Positions 1 to 11,083 of a DNA stretch of 64,000 nt are shown piece after piece (within the stretch, counting starts at the first letter, position 1; every line of letters begins with the position of its first letter). Under the pieces are notes generated by a model. It saw nothing but the letters and a program-made list of their open reading frames with translations. It was not told where the DNA came from and did no database searches. The DNA lies in IMG/VR virus record IMGVR_UViG_3300029374_000001, positions 64,001-128,000 of that record; one strand, 5' to 3'. Made by a program: the position numbers and the translations under genes. This DNA is from a virus.

Positions 1-3000
1 AACAGTAAACACATCAACATGAGCTTCATCAGGAATATGAATAATAACTTTGTCTCGTTTACATTCTACTTTAGGATTAAGTCCGGTAATCTTATAAATA
101 GACTGACCAGCATCTACAACTTCAATATCAGCGATCTTAGCCAGATCAACTGCGAATCCTAATTTAGGAAGAATCTTAATCTGAGTACCTATCTCTAATT
201 GATCTGAAGTATGATATTCGGTATCGCCAGCTACATTAGTGACTTTAACTTCATCAGCAGATTCATTAGTGACTATGGTTAGCGTTCCTTTGGCAACTGT
301 TACATTGATCATAACCGTTGTCGGAAGCGGATCATTAAATTTATAGATATTATTAAATCCAGTATCAGTAGCTCCTGTTACAGTAAACGAGTAGAATGAG
401 TGATCTAATCCATCTTTCAAATATACACGAATAGAGTGGCTCAAACTACTAAAATTATATGAAGAACTATCTGGAAGCGTTAACTCTATCGCTCCATATT
501 CATCCATTACTTTAAGGAGTTCTGGATGGTTAGAGTCAATCGTAATTGGAGTGCGATCTTCTATTAATATAGTAGGATTACCATCACCGGTTACTTTATA
601 TGTATACTTATTTCCTACATGAGAAATTTGAGTTAAACAATTAATAGTGGGAACAAATTTCGAATCAATAACTTTAACAACAACAATTTCGTCTTTTGCT
701 ATATAATCCGAACTTTCTAATGTATCTGTTTCATTTTCTCTGAATACTTCAGCACTACCAGGAGTACTAATAGTAATCTGTATTTCAAAGACATCATCTT
801 TAAGTGTTGTTGTAAATACGGCACTAGGATGCACCAGTTTATAAGCAACAAAATCACCTTCTGGTCCAACCAATTCAATACCAGAAGATTGATCATCGTC
901 TAATTTTACATACTTATGGAATTTAACGTAGATCTTAGTACCCAATTCAAATTCTGGATTAGTATCTGGGTCAATCGGAGGATCTCCAGGAGTTGTCGAT
1001 TTATACAGAGTAATTTCGCCATCATCAATTCCACAGGTAGCATTAACGGTAATATGAGCTTTCTTCTTTTCCGTCATAACTTTACATTCCGGACCAGTCA
1101 ACACCCAATGTTCCCCATCCTGTGTTGCATTGGTTATGGATGTAATCTCCCAGAGTTCTTGTAATTCTGTTGTCTTGAATATGGCTTTAACCTTTTCGCC
1201 AACATGAATACTCTGATCTGGGAAAACAGATATGATTCTATTACCATCTTCTACAGCCAATACATGTATCTGATCGGTATGCTCTACATCCAATTTAACC
1301 TTATCTGTTTCTGTAGGATATGGAATAGTAATAGAGGTTGCTGTGATATCTGGATTAATCTTAAATGTATATATCGGAAGATGAGTATCTGTTTGTTCTT
1401 CAGTATTAATCAAAGTACAATCTGTGATACTATTGGCTTCATATTTAAAGAATTTCTTTTTTAGCTTAATTTTAAACGTATTTCCTGCTTTGAGGACAGT
1501 ACCATCAGGAAGCACAGATCCATCATCTTTTAATACTTCATAGACAACATCGTTCGGAGTAGGAATATTAACAGTTACATTTACTTCTGCCTTAGAAGCA
1601 ATCGTTGGATCTGGTCCGGTTATAGTAAATACACCGGAATCATAAGTAACATCTTTACATCTATCCAAGTCTACTTTATATTTAGGATCTTTCGGAACAA
1701 ATTTCATTTTTGTTCCAATAGGATAAGCATCGTCCGGATTATATACCTGCAAAGCATTGTCTGGGTCAACAAGATCGAATTCTTCTTCCGTAGAAGATGG
1801 AGACGACTTCAAAATATGTAATACACCTTTGGTCAGAGTAACGGTAATATGTACATCCTCTTCTATAGGATGCTCTGCTTCTCTATATTGACCAGGTCCA
1901 TATTCAATTACACCAGTGGCTGTTATCTCATAACAACGAGGATCAAATTCGTCTTTTAATTCGATACTCAACTGCACATTCATATATTTACGGAATGTGG
2001 TATTATCCGGAAGAGTCAATACTGGTCCTGTAGAATCATCCTTTCTAACAACGATCCAATCTGGATGATTGGAGTCTATAAGGACTGGAGTATGATCATT
2101 GAATGAAATATTTGGGGATCCGCCAGAAAGAACTTTAAATTTATATGTATTATTCTCATGAGAAATCAGTTCTAACTCTGTCACATCAGGAACAATTTTC
2201 GGATCTTCTACTTTAGCTACAATGATTTCATCTTTTTCTACATAATAATGGTTTTCTATAAGTGTAGTTTCATCCGCTCTATAAACATGCCCTATTCCAT
2301 CAGTAGCATTATCTACAGTCAGCATGTAAGTATTAGCTTTTAACTTAGTATAAAGTGTACATCCTTCTCCTTTAAGAGTGTAACAGACGACATCATCTCG
2401 TTCATCCGTATATACTATTAAATTAGAATTATCTGTATCAACTTCTACCCACTTACATAACCGGAAGAAAATACGATCATCTTTTGCAAAATTAATCAGA
2501 TTAATATTAGGTATTACTTCACTTTCTAACCCATCTATGCTTTGATAGAAAACGATTTCTTTGGGATCATTGCCACCCGCTGTATATACAGTAAGACGGA
2601 AAGATTTCTCTACTATAATATTACATGGATCACCAGTAGACTGCCAAATTCCATCACTAACTCTCGATCCATTGAAAACATCTTTGACTTTCCATTCAGA
2701 GAATTCTGGTTTGAAGTCTATTTTAAACTGTTCTCCAGTATGTAAACTATTGTTAGGGAAAGTAGTTATTAGTCTATTACCATCTTCTATAGCGGTGACT
2801 GTCAGCTTATCTGAATTGCCATCTGGAAGTATATTCAGGGTTATCTTTGCACTCTCTGTAGGCGAAGGAATAGTAATGGAATCTTCTACAATATCTTCTT
2901 TAATCGTGAAGGTATATATAGGAATATTGTGTTCGCCATAATATGATGTAGAAGAAAGTGTACAGTCGATTATGCTATCGCTTTCATATTTGCAGAACCT

Positions 3001-5463
3001 ATTAATCATTTTAATTTTGAATGATTGTCCAGATTTCAATACTGTACCATCTGTAATAGGAGTATCATCTGCTTGAAGAACAGTATATTTAGTATCATCA
3101 GGGCTAGGAATATAAACAGTTACATTTTTAGGCTTAGGCACAGCCTTTACTGTAGGATTAGCACCTGTAATTTTATAAATATATGTACGGTTATTTACCC
3201 CATTTTCTACAAATTCGGTATTAGTGACTTTGATAGCATAGTCTTCGGGATGTTCTATAGTATAATCATAGGTTACTCTGAATTTTTCTCCTATATGAAG
3301 AATATCTTCTGGGAAATCGGTCTCTATAGTGGATATTGTAATAATACCTGGAGTAAGATTATTTAAATGAGCTTTAGGAGTTTCAGCCCATGTCAGTTTT
3401 ACTTCTGTAGCATCTTCACTAACTTTATATATATTTTGATAACCAGGGCTCTCACTTATCGTATCAAGCCCAACTGCTTCAGTTATAGTTATAAATTTAT
3501 TACGATATCTAAATATAATTCGTTCGTCTTCATAGATGAGGTCATTATCCTCAACGCCTCGACCTATACTATCATTGTATACAGCATTATTATATTCATC
3601 AGGACCCGATAATCTGATATGAAGAGGTGGTTTTTTAGGAGCAGTTTTTACATTTACATTCATTCCAATTACTTTGTAATAAGAACCGAAGTTCTGATCT
3701 TCAAGTCCAGTATGTATTATTTTAAAAGCTCTAGTGGTCTCCGTATACCCTTTAATATACATTGTAATTTGATTATCAAGTCGTACATGAGTATTATCTG
3801 GATATGTAGATAACGTAACCTGAGGATACTGTGTAGTGCTAATTACAATTTGATCGGGGTTCTCATTAGTAATAGTAACAAAAGGTGCCGCTTTTGTAGC
3901 TACTGTAGGATTAAGACCAGTAACTTTATATGTATTTATATTAGGATCAACAAGTTCTAAATCTACAAATCTATCCTGATCAATTATAAAGTTATCTTTA
4001 GGAATGACTCTAATTATCTTATCTAATGCGAGTATGGCTCCATCTGGATATTTTTTATTAACCTCAGCAGGATCATATACTCCACATTCTTCTTCTGTAA
4101 CTCCTGGAGCAGATTTCAATATATGTAACTTATAGTCGGTTACTTCTGTTACATTAATGATACATTCAGGAGAAGTTGCGTAATAATAATCTTCGCCCAT
4201 GTGTACCGCATTTTGGACACTTTCGATTTTATATCCAGTAACACCGTAATTACCCTTAAAAGAAATTTTAACAACTTCGAACTGACTAAACCAGGTAGGA
4301 TCTGATGGAAGTGAGTCTGCAGTTACATGATTTATGTGCGATTCTACCGTCACTTTATCATTATACTTATTTGCGTTAGTTTTAAATACAGTACTAGGTG
4401 TAGGCTGCGGAGGTTTTAATACAATTGTAGTTAAATCCTCTTCTTCATTAATCCTGACATTATAATCTTTTCGCAAGTCATAAGGATCGTCGTCGGTATT
4501 CCAAAAAGTCTGGCTAACCAGTGTAGTATGTTCGGGCATGTCTTTTAAATCGACATTATCGCGTGCTAATCGTATTTTGATTATACTACCAACTGGCAAC
4601 ATGTCATTATTGCTAATAAGACCTCCGTCAGCAACACGATATTCAACATTATAATTTGACGGATCTTGTATTACAATTTTAACTTTACCAGCATATTTTA
4701 TATTGAAAAAAGGATTATTATCTGTTATTCTATATAAATTTGCCGATTTGTCCACTAATTCTATAAACTGTGAATTATCTGGATCAAACGCATAATTTTC
4801 ATTCATTGTTGCATGGAAGAAATTATGCTTATAGAATACAACATCTCCCGTATGAACAACTTTATTATTATCATACGGATTTGTAATTACAATATTAGCC
4901 TTTGAATTGTTTACTATAGTAAACGGAGTTTTAGGATCTTGGTCTATACTTGTTAACTCCACTTTCTGGTAGTTTAATTGTATTTCACCATAATCTGTAA
5001 TTGTTTTAGCCTTTGTCCAAGTAATAGAGTCGGGCTCGTGTGCTTCTGTATCATATCTTTGTATGTTAGACGACGCGGTTGGGGCAAAATGAATTTTATC
5101 TCCTATGTGGAGAATAGTACTCGGCGTTACTTCTTGATTATTCGCAGTTTCGACTCGTTCTTTTACGCCATTTATGGTAAGTTCTACTCTTGGGGTAGCT
5201 TCGTCTTTTCTTTTCCACCCAATCACCAAGTCCTTGTTTTTGTCGATTTGATAAACACTGAGATTTGGTTCTATTTCTTTTACTTTTGTTAAGCAGTTAT
5301 TATAAAAATATAGTTCTTCTTGATCATTACCAATCCATCTGATGACTATTTTTTCGTTATTAATAGTATCTTCTTCATGAATTTGCGTATCATCATAGGG
5401 GGGGTATTGAAAAAGCTTATAATGAGAATTGTCTCCAAAAGCTTTTTTAATTATTTTTGACAT
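1..5463 (-). CDS. giant repetitive fibre/adhesin-like structural protein, N-terminal ~1820 aa (3'-partial: C-terminus lies beyond window start)
   Basis: Continuous minus-strand frame from ATG at 5463 (GAGGTGA SD-like about 8 nt upstream) to position 1 without stops. It is missing from the ORF track only because its stop is off-window. Hand translation shows at least 3 tandem ~520-aa modules (module starts near 3150, 1590 and 70) with motifs Y-K-I-T-G-x-N-P-x-V / N-V-T-V-x-I-P / E-D-G-N-R also found in the two other giant proteins. Confidence 0.7.
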   Translation of the reverse strand, partial: MSKIIKKAFGDNSHYKLFQYPPYDDTQIHEEDTINNEKIVIRWIGNDQEELYFYNNCLTKVKEIEPNLSVYQIDKNKDLVIGWKRKDEATPRVELTINGVKERVETANNQEVTPSTILHIGDKIHFAPTASSNIQRYDTEAHEPDSITWTKAKTITDYGEIQLNYQKVELTSIDQDPKTPFTIVNNSKANIVITNPYDNNKVVHTGDVVFYKHNFFHATMNENYAFDPDNSQFIELVDKSANLYRITDNNPFFNIKYAGKVKIVIQDPSNYNVEYRVADGGLISNNDMLPVGSIIKIRLARDNVDLKDMPEHTTLVSQTFWNTDDDPYDLRKDYNVRINEEEDLTTIVLKPPQPTPSTVFKTNANKYNDKVTVESHINHVTADSLPSDPTWFSQFEVVKISFKGNYGVTGYKIESVQNAVHMGEDYYYATSPECIINVTEVTDYKLHILKSAPGVTEEECGVYDPAEVNKKYPDGAILALDKIIRVIPKDNFIIDQDRFVDLELVDPNINTYKVTGLNPTVATKAAPFVTITNENPDQIVISTTQYPQVTLSTYPDNTHVRLDNQITMYIKGYTETTRAFKIIHTGLEDQNFGSYYKVIGMNVNVKTAPKKPPLHIRLSGPDEYNNAVYNDSIGRGVEDNDLIYEDERIIFRYRNKFITITEAVGLDTISESPGYQNIYKVSEDATEVKLTWAETPKAHLNNLTPGIITISTIETDFPEDILHIGEKFRVTYDYTIEHPEDYAIKVTNTEFVENGVNNRTYIYKITGANPTVKAVPKPKNVTVYIPSPDDTKYTVLQADDTPITDGTVLKSGQSFKIKMINRFCKYESDSIIDCTLSSTSYYGEHNIPIYTFTIKEDIVEDSITIPSPTESAKITLNILPDGNSDKLTVTAIEDGNRLITTFPNNSLHTGEQFKIDFKPEFSEWKVKDVFNGSRVSDGIWQSTGDPCNIIVEKSFRLTVYTAGGNDPKEIVFYQSIDGLESEVIPNINLINFAKDDRIFFRLCKWVEVDTDNSNLIVYTDERDDVVCYTLKGEGCTLYTKLKANTYMLTVDNATDGIGHVYRADETTLIENHYYVEKDEIIVAKVEDPKIVPDVTELELISHENNTYKFKVLSGGSPNISFNDHTPVLIDSNHPDWIVVRKDDSTGPVLTLPDNTTFRKYMNVQLSIELKDEFDPRCYEITATGVIEYGPGQYREAEHPIEEDVHITVTLTKGVLHILKSSPSSTEEEFDLVDPDNALQVYNPDDAYPIGTKMKFVPKDPKYKVDLDRCKDVTYDSGVFTITGPDPTIASKAEVNVTVNIPTPNDVVYEVLKDDGSVLPDGTVLKAGNTFKIKLKKKFFKYEANSITDCTLINTEEQTDTHLPIYTFKINPDITATSITIPYPTETDKVKLDVEHTDQIHVLAVEDGNRIISVFPDQSIHVGEKVKAIFKTTELQELWEITSITNATQDGEHWVLTGPECKVMTEKKKAHITVNATCGIDDGEITLYKSTTPGDPPIDPDTNPEFELGTKIYVKFHKYVKLDDDQSSGIELVGPEGDFVAYKLVHPSAVFTTTLKDDVFEIQITISTPGSAEVFRENETDTLESSDYIAKDEIVVVKVIDSKFVPTINCLTQISHVGNKYTYKVTGDGNPTILIEDRTPITIDSNHPELLKVMDEYGAIELTLPDSSSYNFSSLSHSIRVYLKDGLDHSFYSFTVTGATDTGFNNIYKFNDPLPTTVMINVTVAKGTLTIVTNESADEVKVTNVAGDTEYHTSDQLEIGTQIKILPKLGFAVDLAKIADIEVVDAGQSIYKITGLNPKVECKRDKVIIHIPDEAHVDVFTV

Positions 5464-5482
5464 TAGCACATCACCTCTTTTA

Positions 5483-5656
5483 TTACTCGTAAGGACCAAA
5501 TGCCTCTTCTATTGTAGCATATGCTTCTTCTATTTTTTGTTTAAGTTTAGCATATGCTTCATTGTCCTTATAAACTATATCATCAAACCACTCTTGCATA
5601 GATGGAGATAATTGATCATATCTTACTCTTCGAATTTCTTTTTCTTCGTTAGTCAT
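5483..5656 (-). CDS. hypothetical small acidic protein
   Basis: Part of ORF 5483..5671. ATG at 5656 with GGAG 9 nt upstream; immediately downstream of the tail-collar fibre gene. Confidence 0.4.
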   Translation of the reverse strand: MTNEEKEIRRVRYDQLSPSMQEWFDDIVYKDNEAYAKLKQKIEEAYATIEEAFGPYE

Positions 5657-5671
5657 ACTGATCATCTCCAA

Positions 5672-6598
5672 TTATGAAGAACGATACCATGCATAAATAG
5701 GTACTCGTAATGGAGCTATTTCAAATTCTTTTCCTTCTCCTGCGCTATCTGTAGTAAAGGTATGAGCATGTTGCCCAGCATTATCTACAGAAAAATCCAC
5801 ATCGCCCCACCAATCATCACCACCAAAAGGACATATTTCTGGTTTATTAATACCAGCAGAGGTATCTGGGTCAAATTTGGCGTGTAAAGTATGACTATGA
5901 ATTCCATCCGCAGAAGTACTGCCGGTATGAGAATGGGCCGGCATATTGGCCGCATTCAGTTTAACTTTGTTCGATCCTTCTCTAACAGTAGAAGCATTGA
6001 TGTCGCCCATATCGGCTCCAGTAGCATACAGATAAGCTCCTTTAATCTGTACCCATATTCCATAACCAATTACATTGGCTGGATTGCCTGGTTTAGTTGT
6101 CATATAGATACTGCCAATTGGATAAGCAGATTCTTCTGTCAATAGTTTCTTAAATGGTTGATTGTTGACTTTTATATCACTATTTCCGCCACGAACTCTA
6201 ATGTCGCCACCATTCTGATCTATCCAGATCTGTGTAGATTCATTAGAACTTGTTCCTGGCTCTCCATAGGGTATATTCAATAATTGCCCGTATTGCTTAG
6301 GCTGTTTATTGATCTTTCCATCAATAGAGTAATTAATAATACAAAATCCTAATTTATTCCAACCTTGATTAGATGTATCGGCCGGGACATAGTTGGTTGG
6401 ATATCTATGTAATGCCTGCCAGATTTTATCTTTCTGGATATAGTTGTCTAATGTTTGATCTAATTTTCCATCAATTTTTTGCAGCTTGTCAATTAAGACA
6501 AGCAGATCTGATAGTTTCACTTTGTTTTTCAATAGAGCTTGTAATGAGGGTGATAAATCCTCATAAATAAGTTTATTTTCTTTATCAAATCCTGCCAT
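5672..6598 (-). CDS. tail fibre protein with phage tail-collar-like domain
   Basis: ATG at 6598 preceded by AAAGGAGG with 6-nt spacing. C-terminal region has NMPAHSHTGS...GIHSHTLH, matching the tail-collar domain signature (EMPSHTH-type His-rich motif), plus a glycine-rich segment upstream. Confidence 0.65.
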   Translation of the reverse strand: MAGFDKENKLIYEDLSPSLQALLKNKVKLSDLLVLIDKLQKIDGKLDQTLDNYIQKDKIWQALHRYPTNYVPADTSNQGWNKLGFCIINYSIDGKINKQPKQYGQLLNIPYGEPGTSSNESTQIWIDQNGGDIRVRGGNSDIKVNNQPFKKLLTEESAYPIGSIYMTTKPGNPANVIGYGIWVQIKGAYLYATGADMGDINASTVREGSNKVKLNAANMPAHSHTGSTSADGIHSHTLHAKFDPDTSAGINKPEICPFGGDDWWGDVDFSVDNAGQHAHTFTTDSAGEGKEFEIAPLRVPIYAWYRSS

Positions 6599-6740
6599 AG
6601 GATACCTCCTTTTTGAGCGTATTTCAATAGCTTTAGCTTCGATTACTACTATGTTAGTATGGGCACTTTTGCACTTGACATAGTAGTAATCCGGCATATA
6701 GATGCCGTTATAATTTTGAGAAAGGGGGTATATTATTGAA

Positions 6741-7757
6741 ATGACAGAAATTCGTAAACTTAAATCGTTAACCAAAAGAACCTGTAAAAAACGGCTAAAA
6801 TTGCCATTAAATATTTTAATGGTTATTATACCAATTATCTGCTTATATTTTACGGTCGTTCTTACCTTTGATAACTTAGATTCTATTAAAAAAGATATCG
6901 GATATAATGTAGATCGTATGCAGCATAGCAAAGCAGAAAATATAGAATATATCTTGCATAATCGAATCAATCAAGGCAAGATGCAAAATGAGTTTATTTC
7001 TAGTGCGATTAAACTTCATTTGACTGATGAGAATAAGAGATTATTGGCAGACTCCATTAACCGTAATGAAACAGATATTATATCCCAAGACTTGACCCGT
7101 ATATTAAGTCGTATTACCATATACGATATGAAAATAACAAAAATGTTTAATATAAATTTAACGGATCATATCTTGTTTATTTCCAATAAATATGGTATAC
7201 TGGATATAAAAGATATAGGAACTCTATATCCTCATACCGAACTGATCCCTTGGTCTGAGATAGTTAATAATAAGATCAATAAAACATTGGCTCAAAATGC
7301 AATCTTTGAGCTATTATCAAACAGACATAATTTAATTTTTTGGGAATCTGATGTGGCTACACAAAATCGGTTTATTATAGGCATTACTAATCCGAATAAG
7401 TATAGCCTAGAAAGTATTATTCATGCAACCCCAACTAGAGAACTAATCAACTATAATATCCTTGTACCTATTTATGTATCTTTAAATGACAGTCCTGATG
7501 ACTATGATTTTATCATAGTCAGAGAAATCAATGTTTTTTATGCGATTAAGCCGTTCATATATGATATCAATCGGTACGATTTTTTAATAGATGAGTATAA
7601 GTATAATATGAATGCATTGTTATTCTTAACAGCCTTCATAGGAACACTTATTTCGTTGCTCCTGCTTGGATGTATTTTGGTTGGCGTTATGAGTTCTAAT
7701 ATATATATCAGACACACCAAACATCGAACAGGTGGTGATGTACATGCCGCAGAATGA
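6741..7757 (+). CDS. membrane protein (one N-terminal and one C-terminal TM segment), hypothetical
   Basis: ORF track; AAAGGGGGT SD upstream of ATG 6741; hydrophobic segments MVIIPIICLYFTVVL and LLFLTAFIGTLISLLLLGCILVGV. Confidence 0.55.
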   Translation: MTEIRKLKSLTKRTCKKRLKLPLNILMVIIPIICLYFTVVLTFDNLDSIKKDIGYNVDRMQHSKAENIEYILHNRINQGKMQNEFISSAIKLHLTDENKRLLADSINRNETDIISQDLTRILSRITIYDMKITKMFNINLTDHILFISNKYGILDIKDIGTLYPHTELIPWSEIVNNKINKTLAQNAIFELLSNRHNLIFWESDVATQNRFIIGITNPNKYSLESIIHATPTRELINYNILVPIYVSLNDSPDDYDFIIVREINVFYAIKPFIYDINRYDFLIDEYKYNMNALLFLTAFIGTLISLLLLGCILVGVMSSNIYIRHTKHRTGGDVHAAE

Positions 7758-8238
7758 CGCAGAATTATGGGAAGAGATATTTACAATTGTCACTATTCTT
7801 ATTTTTGCGTTAATTGGGAGCTTTTTGAAAGGCTATGTATCGAAAGTCATTGACCAAAGAAAATTCAAACTCAGTGAAGTATTCATATCTACTATTATGA
7901 GTACACTGATTTCTTATTATATTGCTTATCCTTTATGTAAACGGTATGAGCTCGGTGTAAAAGCTCTTACTGGTATTATTATTCTGATTGGATTTTTAGG
8001 ATACAATTTAACAGAAACTATTCTAAAAATAGTAAAAGAAATTCATACATTAAAACCAAAAGGTATTATTATAATCATTATCGGATTCTTACTGAAACTG
8101 ATTGGATTAAATATCAATATCAAAGAGCTCATAGAAGAACATAGAAAGAATCCAACTTCTGATGTACATGATAACCATTATACTACAATTAATAATACAT
8201 ATATCCAAACAGACAATCATTCTAAGACTAATAAATAA
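7744..8238 (+). CDS. multi-pass membrane protein, hypothetical
   Basis: ORF 7732..8238 (track start is GTG); the better start is ATG 7744, 6 nt after GGTGGTGA. Start overlaps the stop region of the previous gene. Several TM helices. Confidence 0.5.
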   Translation: MPQNDAELWEEIFTIVTILIFALIGSFLKGYVSKVIDQRKFKLSEVFISTIMSTLISYYIAYPLCKRYELGVKALTGIIILIGFLGYNLTETILKIVKEIHTLKPKGIIIIIIGFLLKLIGLNINIKELIEEHRKNPTSDVHDNHYTTINNTYIQTDNHSKTNK

Positions 8239-8287
8239 TGGTCTCTAAAACATACAGGTAATAGTGACCTATTAAAGGAGGAATATA

Positions 8288-9445
8288 ATGGTGGAATACT
8301 TAAAAACTCTTTGGCTGGTAGATACTAAGCAAAATAAATTAATGGCCTATAAAACAGAAGATATGAGTTTGATTGACTCATATGATTTTCCTGTGTTACC
8401 AGATGTATTGGGTAAATGCCATATTACAGTAACGTCAGACGGTAAATCAGTATATATACTGTCTTGTAATCTGCATAAAATATTTAAGTTTGATATTGCA
8501 TCCGAGAAGTTTACCAAAACTATTAGAGTAGCTGATGGTGCTTCTTACATTTCAGAAGGATATCCGACTTGTGATTCTAATACTGGTGTATATAGCACAC
8601 CATTCTTTGTATCTAATACAGAAGAGAATAGAATATCTATTATTCATGATGATCAAATTCGATATGAAACTATAATATCTAATCAAATTGGTCCTGGAAA
8701 AAGTATTATAGACTCTGACGGAACTGGATATGTATGTGGTACATTACCGGATGGTCATGGTAATGAGATTGCTATACTTAACTCATTCTCTTGTAAATAT
8801 ACCAACTACAAAAATATCTATACAGACTCGGTAAAACCTGTAGATGTTATTGTAGATAATCATAGAAATCTCTATATTCTTAGAGAAGATGGATCTTTGT
8901 TTAAAGTTCATTATAGTACAGCATCGTTAGAGATTGCCTATTGTTCCAATCCAATTAAATTGGTAGAAAAAGCATTAACATTATCTAAAGAGATGGCTTT
9001 TGATAACCAAGACCATATCTGGATTATTGGTTCAGATGAAGAAGGAAATAACTTAGCTAAAGTAGATGTTAAATCTGGAGATCTTCAGAAGTTTAAATTG
9101 CCTATTGATACATTAAATGCAATTACTTGTGATGATTCTGGAAGAATCTTTGTATTAGCTGGGAATACTGTTTACTCTGTAACCAAAGATGGTACAGCAA
9201 CTCCTCATATCATTGGAGAAGAGTTAAACTGTTCTGGAGATATGACAGGATACCGTTTTGCTGTAGTAAATAAGAAGCAAGAAGATATAGATTCTAAATT
9301 AGACTCTATCATTCAGTTTGTAGATTCTTATGAAGCATTGACGGCTTTACCGTCTCCTTCTGAGAATAAATTATATATTACCAAGAAATGTGTATATCGT
9401 TATGTGGAGAACAAGTTTGTTCCCCTGATTACGAAAGAGGGGTGA
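8288..9445 (+). CDS. beta-propeller repeat protein (NHL/YVTN-like blades), hypothetical
   Basis: Strong SD AAAGGAGGAATATA-ATG. Repeated blade-like motifs: SDGKSVYILS, DSDGTGYVCG, DNHRNLYILREDGSLFKV, DHIWIIGSDEEGN, DDSGRIFVLAGNTVYSV. Confidence 0.55.
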   Translation: MVEYLKTLWLVDTKQNKLMAYKTEDMSLIDSYDFPVLPDVLGKCHITVTSDGKSVYILSCNLHKIFKFDIASEKFTKTIRVADGASYISEGYPTCDSNTGVYSTPFFVSNTEENRISIIHDDQIRYETIISNQIGPGKSIIDSDGTGYVCGTLPDGHGNEIAILNSFSCKYTNYKNIYTDSVKPVDVIVDNHRNLYILREDGSLFKVHYSTASLEIAYCSNPIKLVEKALTLSKEMAFDNQDHIWIIGSDEEGNNLAKVDVKSGDLQKFKLPIDTLNAITCDDSGRIFVLAGNTVYSVTKDGTATPHIIGEELNCSGDMTGYRFAVVNKKQEDIDSKLDSIIQFVDSYEALTALPSPSENKLYITKKCVYRYVENKFVPLITKEG

Positions 9446-9452
9446 TCATTAT

Positions 9453-9980
9453 ATGCCAAGTAGTACAACACCAGTCATTTCCATTTGTGATGAGCATGAT
9501 ATAGAAATTACAAGACCTTGGAAAGTTGGAACTCTGGATGTAAACAGCGGATCCAGTCTTCCTGAGTCAGAAACAAAAGTTCTTCATATCTGGAATAATA
9601 GAGGAAACTCTACTGGTACAGCAGCAGATCTGGTAAGTGCCTATATTACTACAAAAAATATATCTGGAGATAACTTGAACGAACAGGTTGTTCTGGATAA
9701 ATGGGTACAAGCCTCCTGTGAAGCTTTATCTCCTGATTTGAATGGAGATGGAATCAAAGATATGACTCCAATTGGCGGAGATGATAAGTTAATGATCTGC
9801 GCCAATGATGGAGCTGCTTCTACAAAAGCTGATTTCAAAATCAGTGGAGCAGAAAATGCTGGTTCTTATGATGCTAATCCCGAGAACGTAGCAAAGATTT
9901 GTTTAAAAGTTGTTCCTAAGATTAATGCATTGAAAGGTCTGCATCAATTTAAGGTACGTGTATCTGGATACTATACTTAA
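9453..9980 (+). CDS. hypothetical protein
   Basis: ORF track; GAGGGGTGA SD 6 nt upstream of ATG 9453. Confidence 0.5.
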   Translation: MPSSTTPVISICDEHDIEITRPWKVGTLDVNSGSSLPESETKVLHIWNNRGNSTGTAADLVSAYITTKNISGDNLNEQVVLDKWVQASCEALSPDLNGDGIKDMTPIGGDDKLMICANDGAASTKADFKISGAENAGSYDANPENVAKICLKVVPKINALKGLHQFKVRVSGYYT

Positions 9981-9997
9981 TATAGAGGGTATAGTAT

Positions 9998-10717
9998 ATG
10001 GATCATAACTTAGACTTGGTGCAAGACATACCATACTATACCAATATTTCGAATAAGCCATTCTTATGGTTTATTCGATACAAGAATGGAATAATTGTAA
10101 GAGAAGTAGATCGTTATACTTATACATCTTTTACATCAGTTCCTAAACAAGATATTCAATATTTTGGACTATATGGGTGTGGCCTGCATCTATATAGTTC
10201 TTTTAGTGATGGGTCTATGTATTTTTATGGATCGGGGTTTGATAAAGAATTCCGGTATTGCAATCAATCCAATATCTCTCAATCTTTATTTCAATCTTCT
10301 CATAATAATCAGTATATACAATTCTCTCCATTTCATCTTAAGGGTTTTGCCTATGATTTAGCTGTAGGAGAAAATATATACAATGATCAAATGATGAAGA
10401 ATACAACTACACAATATTATGCTGGATATAACTGTTATCTTCTGATAGATCAAAAATATCCAGTCAAATTTCAACGATACTTTTCTATCAATATATTCAA
10501 ATATCCAAGATCAATTGGACTGCTATCTAAGATACAACCAATTGATGGAGTGGAATATCCAGACATAGATTTCTTCTTTCTATTCTCAGAAACGATAGAA
10601 AAGAATTATAACTATCAATCGAATTGCAATGCAGTACATCCAGATTATAGATTCCCTCAGATTAATCTTAAAAGTATGAATAAAACTTTTACACATAAAT
10701 GTGTACTTAGATTTTAA
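9998..10717 (+). CDS. hypothetical protein (aromatic-rich)
   Basis: ORF track; SD AGAGGGT upstream of ATG. Confidence 0.5.
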   Translation: MDHNLDLVQDIPYYTNISNKPFLWFIRYKNGIIVREVDRYTYTSFTSVPKQDIQYFGLYGCGLHLYSSFSDGSMYFYGSGFDKEFRYCNQSNISQSLFQSSHNNQYIQFSPFHLKGFAYDLAVGENIYNDQMMKNTTTQYYAGYNCYLLIDQKYPVKFQRYFSINIFKYPRSIGLLSKIQPIDGVEYPDIDFFFLFSETIEKNYNYQSNCNAVHPDYRFPQINLKSMNKTFTHKCVLRF

Positions 10718-10735
10718 ACTACTTAGAAGAAGGGT

Positions 10736-11035
10736 ATGATAATTATGGAACTTTCAATTCACACAATGGAATCTAAGATATCGATTACATTGTTCACATG
10801 TATGCTGATCTTAGCCGGCTTACTGGGAATCTACTATAACTTTACATACAAACACACAATAACTGCTCTTGATAATGAGATAAACAACTCCAGAACAAGT
10901 ATTACCAGATACTTAAAGGAGAGCATCAACAATCAGAATGCTTTGGTTACTAGCTTCTATGACAAAAAAGAATTTCAAGAGAAAGCAAATACAGTCATAT
11001 ACTCTATGGTCACTCCAACAGGGTTTACCAATTAA
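10736..11035 (+). CDS. small membrane protein, hypothetical
   Basis: ORF track; TM segment ITLFTCMLILAGLLGIYY; last gene of the plus-strand block. Confidence 0.45.
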   Translation: MIIMELSIHTMESKISITLFTCMLILAGLLGIYYNFTYKHTITALDNEINNSRTSITRYLKESINNQNALVTSFYDKKEFQEKANTVIYSMVTPTGFTN

Positions 11036-11047
11036 CACAAATAATAT

Positions 11048-11071
11048 CCACTGGGTCATATGACCCAGTGG
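11048..11071. terminator. perfect 24-nt palindromic hairpin (CCACTGGGTCAT|ATGACCCAGTGG) between convergent genes, putative bidirectional terminator
   Basis: Read directly from sequence; lies between the 3' ends of 10736..11035(+) and 11084..12421(-). Confidence 0.5.
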
Positions 11072-11083
11072 AATTCATAATGC

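Noticed and set aside
916-5292. Many 60-115-aa plus-strand ORFs in the track (e.g. 916..1164, 2561..2941, 3025..3366, 4978..5292)
   Set aside because: They lie antisense inside the continuous minus-strand giant gene 1..5463, lack SD sequences and have low-complexity Ile/Phe/Ser-rich translations typical of AT-rich antisense frames.
6675-6714. Sigma70-like promoter TTGACA-N16-TATAGA for the plus-strand block starting at 6741
   Set aside because: The -10 match is weak and there are several alternative alignments; not reported as a feature.
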